Of a DNA stretch of 64,000 nt, positions 1 through 12,358 are shown piece after piece. The stretch comes from Geosiphon pyriformis uo1 (Eukaryota; Fungi; Glomeromycota). Below the pieces are notes generated by a model, which saw only the letters and a list, made by a program, of their open reading frames with translations, ran no database searches and was not told where the DNA came from. Position numbers and translations under genes: made by a program. The stretch's first letter is position 1, and each line of letters starts with the position of its first letter. The stretch covers positions 124,001-188,000 of the forward strand of contig JAAOMT010000369.1 in assembly GCA_016748015.1 (NCBI GenBank). The letters are read 5' to 3'.

Positions 1-217
1 TAAATCAAAATTTAAACAACAATATAATAATAAACTTTAATAATTTGAATTTATTAAAAAATTTAATTAAATCTTTATTTAATAATATTAAATTAATTTT
101 GTAATTAATATTATCACCTCCAAAAATTCTCAAAAAAGCACATTTTCTGATAAAGAAGTTTTCTAATTTTTTCTTGCTAGTTTTTTTACTATTTCTTTAA
201 GTAATAACTCTTTCATT

Positions 218-2112
218 GTGGATTTAAAGGCTGCTTCAGATAGTGACATGTCAAAAAAAAAGGCACCCAAAGGAGCTTTCCATGGTCTTGCTGGTAGTTC
301 TTTTGCTCAAAAGAAAAAAGTGGTTCTTGGGAATGTTAAACACTCTGGTGATAAGAAGGATATCTTCTTAAGTAATTCTGGACCTAGTAATAGTGTGTAT
401 TCTAATATAGATAGTTTGTCTGGTAATAATAAAAATATAGGCATGGCTGGTGTACATGATAAGTCTCTTCTGGGTTTGGCTGTAACCATTTCCAAGGCAA
501 AACATATCAATATTAATGCAGTATTTGGCTCTTCACTTGGCTCTCCTGATTTTACTATAGATAATAATGAAATTGTGCTTCTCCTTCACTCATTTATCTC
601 TCTGGAAAAAAAGTAAAGATCTTCAAAACTCCAGTGGAAGTGTCAGTCAAAAAATCATTTGCTTTGAATATTGATATTTCTGCAGTAGAAGGCAAATCAG
701 TCACAGCAAAAACTCAGCTTGTTAGAAAAAATTTTTCAACTATCAATGGTTTTGGGGAGGCCACTACCCTCTCAAAATTTGAGGAGATCATTAGATCTAT
801 CTTCACTTCAGAAAAAAGCATGAATATGACCACTTTATTGGCTAGAAAAAAAGGTATCTCTGTAAACACTGATCTTAAAAAACAAAGTATCTATTCAGAT
901 CAGGCTGTAGTCATAAAAGAAATTCCCATGGATATGCCTAAGGAAATGATCATCGCTGTAGTATCTAAATTTGGTGATATTAAGTCAATCAGAGTTCAAT
1001 TAATTGGCATGTGGCAAAAGGCCATAGTAGAATTTGCTAGTTCAGATCAGACTGAACAACTGGCATTTAGATGGTCCTTTCTTATTGGGAAAAACTTTGT
1101 GCATGTGGCTATGGCTATAAAAAATTATGAGACATAGGCTTCTAGGAATCAGTTTAGAACACTTTTGTTTACTCTACCAATAAGAACAATGGCACATGAT
1201 CTTGGCACTCTCTTGGATAGAGCTGGTGGGAAAACATGTGTGATTAATTATTCTGTTGGTACTGGCAATAAAATCCGTTGTGCTGTGATTGGCTTTGAAT
1301 CTGAAGAGGATCTGGAGTCTGCTTATTGCATTGAACCAATATTTAGTGGTATTAAACTTTCTTGGGCAAGAATAGATCTGGTTTGGTGTGAATGTTGTGG
1401 GAAATTTGGTCATTCTGTTTTGAAGTGTGATGCCACAATTACATCCTCTTTCAAGCCAGTCAAACTATTTAAAAAAAGTACTTCAGAGGTTACTCATCTT
1501 CGTCTAGTTAAATTGTATGCCAAAAAAAATGTTTCCATCTCTCATTCAACTGCTTTTGGTAACAGGTCTTGGGCTCAAGTAGTTCTGGCTGCATCCACCT
1601 CTCATAATCATTCTGCCAAGGCAGGCTCTGGTCCTTTTCCTATTGTTGGTATGAATTCTAATGGCAAACACTCCTTTCTTACTTTATTGAACTCTTCTTT
1701 AAATGCATGTTTGTCAACATTGGAGTGTTCTCTTAAGCTTTTGTTTAATCAAGTATCGGACATTGTAAAACAGTTGAATGGTATTGCACTGGTGTCTTTG
1801 ACACCCGTCTCTGAACAGAGCCTTTCAACTTCTGTTTTTTAGTCTCTTATTCCAGTTCTGTTTGCAGTTGTGGATTCTAGTGTAAATTTGGATATGGTTT
1901 TGGATATTCCTGATGCTTGTTCTGCATTCTTTTTTCCTGTTGCTAATGATGCCTCAGTTCTTAATTCAAGTAACACAAGAGTGTTAACTTCTAAGGTTGG
2001 CAGTCTTGAGTCAAAATTAGTGGCTCTTGAGACTTCTGTTGGTTCTGTTTTGGGGAAGTTAGATCTGTTGTGTGCCAGCTTGGGTTTCCAGAAATTTTCT
2101 TTATCTCAATGA
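218..2112 (+). pseudogene. LINE1 ORF1 (gag-like: RRM, CCHC knuckle, C-terminal coiled coil)
   Basis: RRM-like EIPMDMPKEMIIAVVSKFGDIKSI..QKAIVEF; knuckle CECCGKFGHSVLKC; heptad-like tail SKVGSLESKLVALETSV; in-frame stops and one frameshift. Confidence 0.88.
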
Positions 2113-5100
2113 GTGATTTCATTTGGAAGGTTGTTACGTGTAACATTCGAGATATTAATGTCTCTGCTAAACAAGAAGATGCTATACATTGGCATAAAAA
2201 ATCTGAGAATATGGTCTTATTTATTATGGAAACAAAGTTAAAGCTTAGCACTAGGCCTTGGATCATGTTTAAAGGAGTTTGGATTTTTTCATCTGGTTTG
2301 GATAAAAGTTTTTTTGGAGCTGGGGTGGCAGTTATTATGAACAATTCTTTAGCTCACCATGTTTCTAAAGTGAAAGAAGTTTCTAGTCATCTTATTTTGG
2401 TTTGGCTTCTCTTTAAAGGCAAACTTTTGGTTACATTTGTGAGTTTATATGCTGGTGTATCTACTAAGGTTAGATTTGGGCTGGCTTTAGAGATCAATTC
2501 TCTTATAGCTAAAGTGGTTAATTCTAATAGTTTTGTTGTTTTGGGTGAAGACTTTAATAAGAACAGGTCTAAGAAGAATGCCAGTTACAAGTTTTGCTTA
2601 AACATAGGGTTGGTTAACTCGTTTCAAGGACATTTTTTAGTCAAGACTCCTACTTGAGGCAATTCTAGGGGCACTTTAAAGATTATTGACTTCATTTTTG
2701 TAAGTAGTAATCTGGCATCTGCAGTAGCATTGCATTTTGTCAATAATGTGTCAGAATTTTTCGATACAGATCATAAATTAATTTCGGTTTTGGTTGGTTT
2801 GGGTGGACTTTTAGACACTTGTCTTAACAGTGCTCACAAACAAGTCAATAAAAACCAGTGAAAATTTAAGTTAGGGAATGCCAATAAGATGCAATGGATG
2901 CACTTTAAGAAGCTCTCTTTGGCTGGATTGCTGACATATTCAAACAAGTTTTAAGAAGTAAAAAACAACAGTGACTTGGATGTAATGTGGAAGGTGTTGA
3001 GTGAAACCTTAGTGCATGCTGCTGATGTTGTGTTTTTCAGACATTGGTTTAGTGAATATGATTGCTCAAAAAACAGATAGTCTTCAAAAATTTTCAAACT
3101 TGAGCAGCTCATCTCAAGAATTGTAAAAGCTTTTAGTTCTGGGGATCTTTTGGAATCTGACCAGCTTGTCAAGATTTGGTTGGCTGTTGATATTGAAGAA
3201 GCTTCTAAGTTTTTCAGGTTGGTTTTAGGTGGTACTAGTCCATCGAAGTTATTGAAGCATTTGTCAATTGTGAAAAAAGGATATCAGAAGTCTAAATATT
3301 ATGAGTCAAGAGCATCCAAGGATGCTGTTATTAAAAAGGCTATTGATTGTTGTATGGAGAATTTCTGTTCTGACAAAGGGAAAATAATAAAGAGTGTTTT
3401 GAAGTATCTGTTTCATAAGATTGTTTTAGATCACTTAGTAGTAAATAATGAGTTAGTAATTGAGCCTAGTAAGATCAAACTTAAGGTTAATAAAATTATG
3501 GAAGAGTGAATGAGAAAATGGTCAATGCTCTCGCAGATGCCCGATCTTTAGTCTTGCCAGTATATGCTTTTGGACTATGTTGATGATAATGTTTTTACTG
3601 GTGTGATAAAGGAGATTGATATGGAAGAATTGTCCTTAGTTGTTGGCAGTCTGCTGAATGAAAAGACTGCTGGATTATTAGGAATACCTAATGAGCTCTG
3701 GAAACATTGTGGTTTGGAGGTTCTGGCTTTTTTCTTAAAGCTGCTAAATTCATGTTTGATAATAGGTGTAACTCCTGCATCTTGAAAAAGAGCATGGGTA
3801 TTAATGATTTCCAAGCCTTATGAATAGAATAGTGTGTTAACAAATATTAAATCTATTGCTTTGATTGAAACAGCTCGAAAAATTCTGTCTAAGATCTTGT
3901 CTGACCAAATTTTATTAGCTTGTAGCAAATTTAATGTTCTTTATGATAATAATTTTTCAGTGTTGAAGGACACTTCAACTTAATCTCTTATTTTTGCTGT
4001 TGGGTTAGTGGTGGAGGATGCTTTGAAGAAGAATAGAGAACTTTGGCTGATGTTGTAGGACATGCACAAAGCTTATGACTCAGTGGGCTGATATCATCTG
4101 CAGACCAGTTTGTGCTAAATTAAAATATGCAGTTAGTTTATCAGCTTCTTTGGTGGCATTCATGAAGGTCGAATTAACAAAGTGATGACAAATTTTGGTC
4201 TTTCAAATGGTTATAAAGTGGATAATGGTTTGGATCAGGGTGAGGTTTTTTTTCCATTTCTTTGGAGAATTTTTTATGATTCACTTTTGTGTGAAGTCAA
4301 AAGGCATAAACATTTGTGCGGCTATCATATTAATACCTGGTTTGTAGTTAGAACTGGTAGGGTTGAAACTGTTGGAGGGAAGACTTCCTTTTTGGCTGCT
4401 GGTGTATTTGTTAATGACACAATTTGGGTTGGGAGTAGTCAAGCATTGACACAGTATATTTTGAATATTGTCAGTAAGTTCTTTATTATCAATAATATCT
4501 TAATTAATAATGACAAAACAGTGGCTATTCCCATCAATTGAGGTGTCAAGGATGCTTCACTTTTGATTAATGGTCTGCCAATTTCAATTGCTAAGAAGGG
4601 TGAATCTCATAGGTACTTGGACATATTTCTGTCTATGAAAGGTCTTTTTAAGCCCAGTTTGGCTCAGGTTCATAAGGATGTCAGGTTCTTTTCTAATGTA
4701 GTGTTAAGAAAGGGTATTATGGATAAACAATTTTCTTATTTGGTTTCAGCTGTATTGCAACCCATTGTTGGCTATCGGATACAGTTTAGTTTTGTTTCAT
4801 CAGGTGTTTGTTATAAATAAGACGTTATAATTTGGAAGAGTCTCAAAGCCAAGACTGCTTTGTCATATAACTTCCCCAATGAGGTCTTACATCATTCATT
4901 TTTATATGGTTTAAAGTCTTTTGAACAGATCCAATCTGAAGAGAAGCTAGCTTCTCTGATCTTCTTTTCCAATGAATGTGGTATTTTTGGGTGTCTTTTT
5001 GAACATAGATTCTTGAATTTACAAGTTCTGGAATGGTCCCCTCTAAACCCTTTGTAGTACTCTGTCAAGTTGCATGTCAGTTCTGTAAACAAATTTTTGG

Positions 5101-6794
5101 CTGGAATTGTAAGAATTTTTTTGGAAAATGAGTTGTCTTTAGTGAACAATCTGCCCAGTGCTTTTTGTGGATCTTGTAAGTTTTCAATATCCAATATCTT
5201 AGAGAATTTAATGTATTATGACTCTGTTCTTTCTTTGAAGCATTTTGGTGTCGCATTTGGTGACAAACTTTTGGACAAAAAAGGTGTGGTAATGGATTGA
5301 AAAACATTTTGGTGGTAGAAGAGATTGGATCCCAGAAACTCTGTTTTTTACTGGTTTACATTGGTGTTTGAGTTTATGAACAATGTCATTACTCTGACAC
5401 CTGGGTCTGCTATTAGTTCTGGTCTGTCTGTGTTGAATGTTTTGGATTCCAATGATTTTTCAGGTGTACATAACAGTTTGTTGGATGTCTGGTTAGATCA
5501 TGTTGAAGTCTACACAAATGGGTCTTTGAAGGGTGCTGGTTTTGCTGAAGTAACTTGTGAGGCTGCGGCTTATTTTCTGGCAGCTAATGTGAGCATTAGG
5601 GTTAGAGTGTTTGGTTTATTGTTTTCTACTTTAGCTGAATTACAGGCCATTGCTTTGGCTTTGGAGTGTGTTCCAGCTTTATGTGATGTGGCTTTGTATT
5701 CGGAAAGTCAATCTGTGATTGATGCTTGTGTGTTTGAGGCTTCTTTACCTATGCCCAATTTTTGCAATCAGTGTTGAATTGAGCAATTGCATGTTGCCAA
5801 TCTCATCAAAAAAAAGGACATCTTAGTTAAGTGGATGAAGATTAAAGGACATTCAGGGGTTTTAGGCAATGTTAAGACTGATGAATTAGCCAATAAAGCC
5901 ATTGCCTCTTCTTTCACTTTGCCAGTTGGAATTCAGGAGCAGTTTCTGGTTGCTGAAGGCACTGCTGTGTCTGGTAATACCCATCATTTTGTCTGTAATA
6001 TATACCATTTAATTTGCCATGCTTGTTGGGAGGCTGGTCCTGATTATGATGTAATTCCAAGTGTTATGCTTAAGGAAGTGGACTGGGTGGTAACTGTTAA
6101 TGTTTGGCATCCCAATTCACACATGCTTTTTGGATTTACTAATAGAAAATCGGCTAATTTGCACACATATTTAATGAAGGCAGTGCATAGACAGCTGCCA
6201 GTGGTAGTCAAAAAGAGGTTGTATGACAAGAATTATCCTGGAGTTTTGTGCTTGCTGTGCAGTAAAGTGGAATTGCCTGATCATGTTTTTACTTGTTCTG
6301 GGAACACTGTTTTCCGAAAGGAAATCTTGGTAGAAGCTGCTAATAAGTGGACATTTTTAACTGGTTCTTTCCATTTACCTGGGTCAATTGTCCTACATTT
6401 ACTTTCATCATGTTCTTTGGATGTGGGTTTATATGCTGCAATTTGTAAGGGTTTTGTGTTAAAGAGTTGGCTTATTAAGGCCACTCTGGTTTTTAAGAGT
6501 AAAAAAAAGGCTGTTCTAGCTTTGGTAAGTTTTGTCAGATATGTGGTGAAGTTGCATCACACTAGGATATGACTCATTAGATCTAAGCATAGAGTGGATA
6601 TGGAGAAGGCCAGTTTGGCTAATGATGATAGTATGGTATCGGGCTTGTCTTATTGTATGGGGTTTTTGTTGTCAGATAGGGTGGTTTGTATGTTCGGTGT
6701 GATAGAGTCTTTTGCTGTTAGTTTTAATAGACATAGATTGTGCCATTTTTTTTCTGGTTTGGGTGGTGATTTGTGTATTAAGATAGATACATAG
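2109..6794 (+). pseudogene. LINE1 ORF2 (APE endonuclease, RT, RNase H, C-terminal Cys finger)
   Basis: APE: VTCNIR, ETKL, EDFN, IDFIF, DTDH. RT: DMHKAYDSV, GLDQGEVF, FVNDT (from FVDD). RNase H: VYTNGS, AELQAI, KIKGHSG..GN. Finger CLLC..PDHVFTC. Many stops. Confidence 0.93.
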
Positions 6795-7389
6795 TGTTGC
6801 TTTGACTGGTCTGAGTGGCTGGCCATATGTAAAAAGTGCATGAACTGCATTTAGTCTGATCCACTTAGTTTGGTTCTCTGTATTAGATAGCAATTGGGTT
6901 TCATTTGTTAAACTTTTAATAATAAAAAATATTATCAAACATAAATTAAGTTATTAATTAACATAAAATTATTTTATAATTTTTATTATTAATTAATATA
7001 TAATAATATTTTTAATTTATTATTTATTATTTAATTAATAACTTAATTTATATAATACACAAGTATAATTAAATTCAATAATTAAATTATATAATATTTA
7101 AAAATTTGCCAAAATATTTAAAAATTTATCAAAATAATCTATAATTTTTTAAAATATACATTTAATTTATTGAAATTTTAACAAAAAAAGCATTAAAATT
7201 TAAAATAATATTTTAATAAAATATATAAAAATGAAGTTTTTTTTAAAAAAAATATTGTTATTAATAAAAAGTTGAATTATTACTTAGTATAAAATTACTT
7301 TTATAATTATTATTATTAATTAATATATTAATTTAAATTATTACTTAATATTTTATTAAATTATTAAATATTACTATTTAATTAATAAT

Positions 7390-7770
7390 TTTTATTTTAT
7401 TTTTTTATTTTATAAGTGCAGTCTAATTATTATTTAAAGTAATACAATTATACAAAATTTTAAATTAAGCATAATTTATGTTTTTTTTTACATATAATCA
7501 ACTATTTAGACCAATTAAAACAATATTATATATCTAAATTACTTATAATAAAAAAATTTCGAAAAATTAAAACTTAATCTAAATAAACAAGAATATAATT
7601 CAAAACAAATATAAACATCTAACTTAATATTAAAACTATAAGTTATTTCAGAAAACCACACAGATAATAAATTAAAAATTAATAAAACAACAAATCTATT
7701 ATATAATAAAAAGTCATATTTTTTATAATACAACCTTAATTTAGTTATTGGTAATTAGATAACAGATCTA
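7390..7770 (-). mobile_element. Degraded LINE 3'-end fragment (ORF2 C-terminus + 3' UTR)
   Basis: Minus-strand peptide at 7539-7733 aligns loosely with the LINE4 ORF2 C-terminus, followed by an AT-shifted copy of the family 3' UTR. Confidence 0.6.
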
Positions 7771-7908
7771 TAATTCTTTTTTTTTTATTGTAAATTATGA
7801 GTGAAACCCAACTACTATTTAATACAATACAACTACTTAAAGTTCTAAATTAGATGTAGATCATACACTTGTTATATATAATCAACTACCTGGCCAGTTA
7901 AGACTATA

Positions 7909-10900
7909 CTATGCTATAATATTAATGATAACATCCTTTATTGCATTAGCAAAAAACAAATGACCTAATCTCGAACCAAAACTAATAGCATGACTTTTTT
8001 TCACTCTTAACAATCATATCATACCACCCAAAACCTTAGCAAGAAGACCACAAATAATATTAAACAAGAATTTATCCTCACTTAACAAACTTTTGTGTTT
8101 TATATTAGCCCAAAACTTTAAATTAAATGCTTTTCTTATGACCAGTAACCAGACTGTACACAAAATTAACTATTTTGGTTATGACAAAACCAGTGTTCTT
8201 AAAAAAAGTCCTGGCTTTAACCAATCAATTCTTAAGCACAAATTTCTTGTACAAGATAGAGTAAAAATTCAAATCATAAGCACACAAAGCCAAAGATTAA
8301 AGAACCACTGATGAAACCAAATTTGCTTCAATTAAAGACATTTAAAAAGAAAAGCAATTACTTAAAAAGTTCTGACAGACAAACTTATCTAAATAGCAAC
8401 TGAAACTGTGATTTGAAAACTCCACTTCTCTACTTCCTAACTGTCATAGATAATCTCTTATAAACTGCTTTCATCAAATATATACACAAGCCAGCAGTCT
8501 GTTTGCTTGTGCAGCCAGCTATTATGTAAGAATCAGAATGCTAGACTAATATAATAAGCTTCCAATTAATATTACTTACATGTAAAAAATCTACAGCATT
8601 AATACCAGGTCTTACCTCCCAATGAACACACCTTATAATATTATATGTAGTCTTAACAAAATATCAAATATTGCTAAAAATCATCACATCATTAGCCAGC
8701 AAAAAATTCTTCTAAATGTTTATTGGAAAAATAAGTCCTGAAGACACAGCTTAATCAGCCAGCCCATCAGCAATTTTATTGTCCAATATGTTAGAATGGC
8801 TCTTTACTTTTGTTTATCTTACAAAAATGCCCTTGTCTTTGACCAAATCATTGATGCAATACTGCTCAATTTAATACTTATTGTGGAAGTTAGGCATGAC
8901 TAACTTCAATTCAGTTTGACATATATTTATAGAGACTTAACTATCTGAAAAGATTAAAACATTAAAAAGAGCTAAGACATACTTAAGAGCCAGCACTATA
9001 GTCTGCAACTTAGTCAAAATTAATAAGAGCAAACTATAAACTCCCACTCTTATGTCAAGGCCCAGATCAGAAAAGTAAACAGCAATACTACCAATCATAT
9101 CAGAAGATCTGAAATTTTTAACAAAACTATCAATATAGATTGAGATTTCAGACAACAATGCCTTCTTTAACCAAGAATAAATAGCATAAAAGCCATCCAT
9201 ATTAAACACACTTATACCAGAATAGAGAACAGAAACAGACTAAAAACCACAAGTTAAACTCTTATTATTAATGAACTTTACAACCTGCTCAAACTAGGAG
9301 AGAACCAGACCTCTGGAATTCAATTATTTCTAATGAAAAAAATCTTTTCAAGAGAAGCACATGCCATAATAATTGAAAAATTGGTTTGCAAAAACTATGC
9401 TGAAACACTTATGAGACTTGTAAATCCAAAAGTATTCTATTTAACTCAAAATATCTATTACAGAGATACTATTTCTGAAGCAAAAAAGCACTGGACAGAT
9501 CAGTGCACAGACTAATTTTATTGTGTAGAAATATCTGAATAATTTTAGCAAAAAAGTTGTTCACCAAATCAATCTTTAACTTGACTGGAAACTAAAAAAA
9601 ATTGTAAAAAACACAGCCCAATACTTGCAAATTCATCAATCTGTGCTGAAAAAACTGACCAAAAACACTACAAGTATTGGCAAAGCACATTATGAATGCC
9701 ACCTTTCTTTTCACTTAAACTTGGTTAAAAGGTTTTAAATTATACAATGATAGATGGTGAATGGTCTCATTAGAAAAATTATTCAGCAAATTGGCTTTGG
9801 TTTTCAAGCCCTTTTTAATTAAACAGTCTTATTTATTAAATGTGCTTTTGTTAATGATGCTGAATTGAGTCTTGTACTTAATTATTGGCTGCAAAATCAC
9901 AGAAACCAGATATGAAAATTGCTTATTCAAAATAGTCTTGTGTAAGACTATTGAAGCAAAAAACTTTATGTTTGTATTTACTTTCTTTATACTAGAACCA
10001 AAGAGATCTTTAGTTGACAAAAAAATACCCAAATACTGATAAATTTCACCAGTCTTTACAATTAAAATAAGAAAACCACTTATATTCAAAAAAACACTAC
10101 TGAATCTTGGGTTTATTAAAATTACTACTGTCTTTTCTATATTTATTGAAATATCTATGATGTCAAAAAATTCACTAGCAATATTTAAAATGTTTTTCAT
10201 TGTTGTATAACAATTGCCAATCTAAATTGTATCATTTACAAAAACATTAGCAGCCAGATAAAAAGTCAAATCAATATTTGTCTCAATTTTGCCAGTTTTG
10301 AAAACAAATTTAGAATTCACACAATACCCAAAAACTGAATTATGTTTTTTTATTTTATACAAAAAAGAATTATAAAAGATTACCCAAAGAAAAGATAAAA
10401 AAACTTTATTCTGATCCAAGTTATCATGTACTATATAATTATTAGTCAAACCAAAATTTATTATCACTCTATTTCTATAACTATTGTGAATGTGACTGAA
10501 GAATCTAATAAATCTATTACATATCTTAATCCTTTTCAAACTCTTTTTTAAATGTGATCAACTCACTAAATTATATAATTTTTTTATATTTTGAAGTACC
10601 AGCCAAATTTTTCTGTCTTTTTTCAAAACATCTTTTATTACAGACCCAACAGCAAATATAGAAAATTGGATTGAAGTGCTTTTTAACACCAAAAAATTGT
10701 TTTTTTTTAAAACTTCATATTTACTACAGACTCCAGATATCTAATTAGACAAAACTTTTAAAAGAATTTTTCTTATAGTTTCAATAAAAACAATTGGTTT
10801 AGTGTTTGTCAAGACACTTTTCCATTCATAAGACTTTGAAATCATTGACACTCATGCTTTTTTCCAGGCATTAAGAACAGATTCAACCACCAAACACAAA

Positions 10901-11472
10901 TTAAACAGACATAAAAAAAGATCCAGAACATACTTATTATACCATTTTTATATTTTATTAGAAATATCAGACAGTCCAGCAGCTTTGCCATCAGAAAAAT
11001 CATTAACTACCAACATAAACTTATCAAAACCAATGTGTTTTATAATACCAGAAAATACTCTATTCACAATATACTTAAGAAATGCAAACTGTTTTCTCCA
11101 ATAAACAAGAATGATATCTCTAATTATATGCTTCTTTGTCTAATTTTTTATAATTGAATTAACTCTATATTTGACCAAATCAGGTTTTAAAATTAAATTA
11201 CTATTGTCTACCAAATAATCTAAAGTAACTTTTTTACCTTTTTAATCCATTTCTTATTATTTGTTTCTTGTTGTCGGCAAAGGCTTCTATATATTTGGTA
11301 ATAGCAGTTTTAATTCAAGAATTCTCAGTTATCTTAAATTTTGATAACTTATGTAATCTATAAAACTTTTTGGAATGGACCAGTAATTATTTAATTAGGG
11401 TCTTGTTATAATCATTATTGAAAACAATCCTGAACTTTACAGCCCAAACAAAGTTTAGTCTAATCTATTTGG
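7909..11472 (-). pseudogene. LINE2 ORF2 3' part (RT, RNase H, Cys finger)
   Basis: ORFs 10222-10539 (IKICNRFIRFF..NLDQNKVF..FVNDTI), 9829-10200 and 8937-9209 (ISIYIDS, RNase H). Confidence 0.85.
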
Positions 11473-12294
11473 TGTTATTTATAGAAGATAGAAATTATAG
11501 TAATATATATTAGCCAATCAGAAATAAATATAGTAAAATATGGAATTCCAGAATTCCTCTCAGAAAAATTACAAGATTTTAGAAATTACAGAATTCTTAT
11601 ACAAGGAATTGCAGGATTTCAGAATTCCAGAATTCTTTTCAAAGGAATTTCAGAATTCCTGGTGGAAAAAATAGAAAAATTGAAGAATCTTAAATATGTA
11701 TATATAGCAGTAGCATTAAAAGCAGAAAAGACAAATTTCACAGTTTAGATTTTATTTAAGCAATCTTCTAAATTCACAAATATTAATAAATAATTATTTG
11801 CTATCTTAATCTACTTTCTATTATTAGTACTTTATGTTGATAGTATCAAATACTTGATTATGCTGGAACAATAGCTCTTGATTATAGCTATTGATGGAAT
11901 ACTAACTTTTATTGCCTTGGTTTATTTCTTTATTTCTTTTATTTTATTTATTTTCTTTGTTATTTTTTGTTGTTGATTAATTGATTAAAAATTAAGTGTT
12001 GAGTATTAACATTAAGAATTGCTTAGTAAAAGACTTCTGTGAGAGGATAAAACATTTGAGATTAAGAATTGCTTATTAGAAGATTGCTGGCCATCAAGCC
12101 AAGAAAAAAATTGATGGAATTATGATTCCGAAAGACTATTGAAAACAACTATTGAATTTTTGTTTATTATACAAAGGACTTAACCAAAACCTTCAAACAA
12201 TCTAAATCTTCAGATTATAACAATTATAGCAGCTATTAGCACCAAGTTACGGGTTTGTTATTTAATTTGAAACTCCAAATAATTACCTGTAATA
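11473..12294 (+). repeat. Gypsy A 5' LTR (822 bp)
   Basis: Direct repeat of 20517-21482; U3 GGAATTNCA-type tandem repeats ~11540-11662; TATA-like GTATATATAG ~11698-11707. Confidence 0.95.
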
Positions 12295-12296
12295 TT

Positions 12297-12313
12297 TGGT
12301 GCTTCTTATAAGA
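12297..12313 (+). promoter_or_regulatory. Primer-binding site of Gypsy A
   Basis: TGGTGCTTCTTATAAGA 2 nt after the LTR; a transition-degraded form of the consensus TGGTGCTCCCTGTGAGG shared with B and C. Confidence 0.8.
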
Positions 12314-12358
12314 TATAATTTAACAGAGAACCAGCACCAACAACAATTATCTGAAACA

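Larger units (their letters stand above)
117..6927 (+). mobile_element. LINE1: near full-length RNase H-encoding non-LTR retrotransposon (inactivated)
   Basis: ORF1 + ORF2 domain order, short A-rich tail, flanked by a 10-bp direct repeat AATATTATCA (107-116 and 6928-6937) interpreted as the TSD. Confidence 0.93.

Noticed and set aside
2109-6794. Alternative genetic code (TGA=Trp) to explain the in-frame stops
   Set aside because: TGA, TAG and TAA all occur, at Trp, Gln and Arg positions that differ between copies; this fits C>T/G>A mutation
7760-7790. TSD for LINE2
   Set aside because: Only short low-complexity matches (TATAATT) between the flanks; not distinguishable from chance
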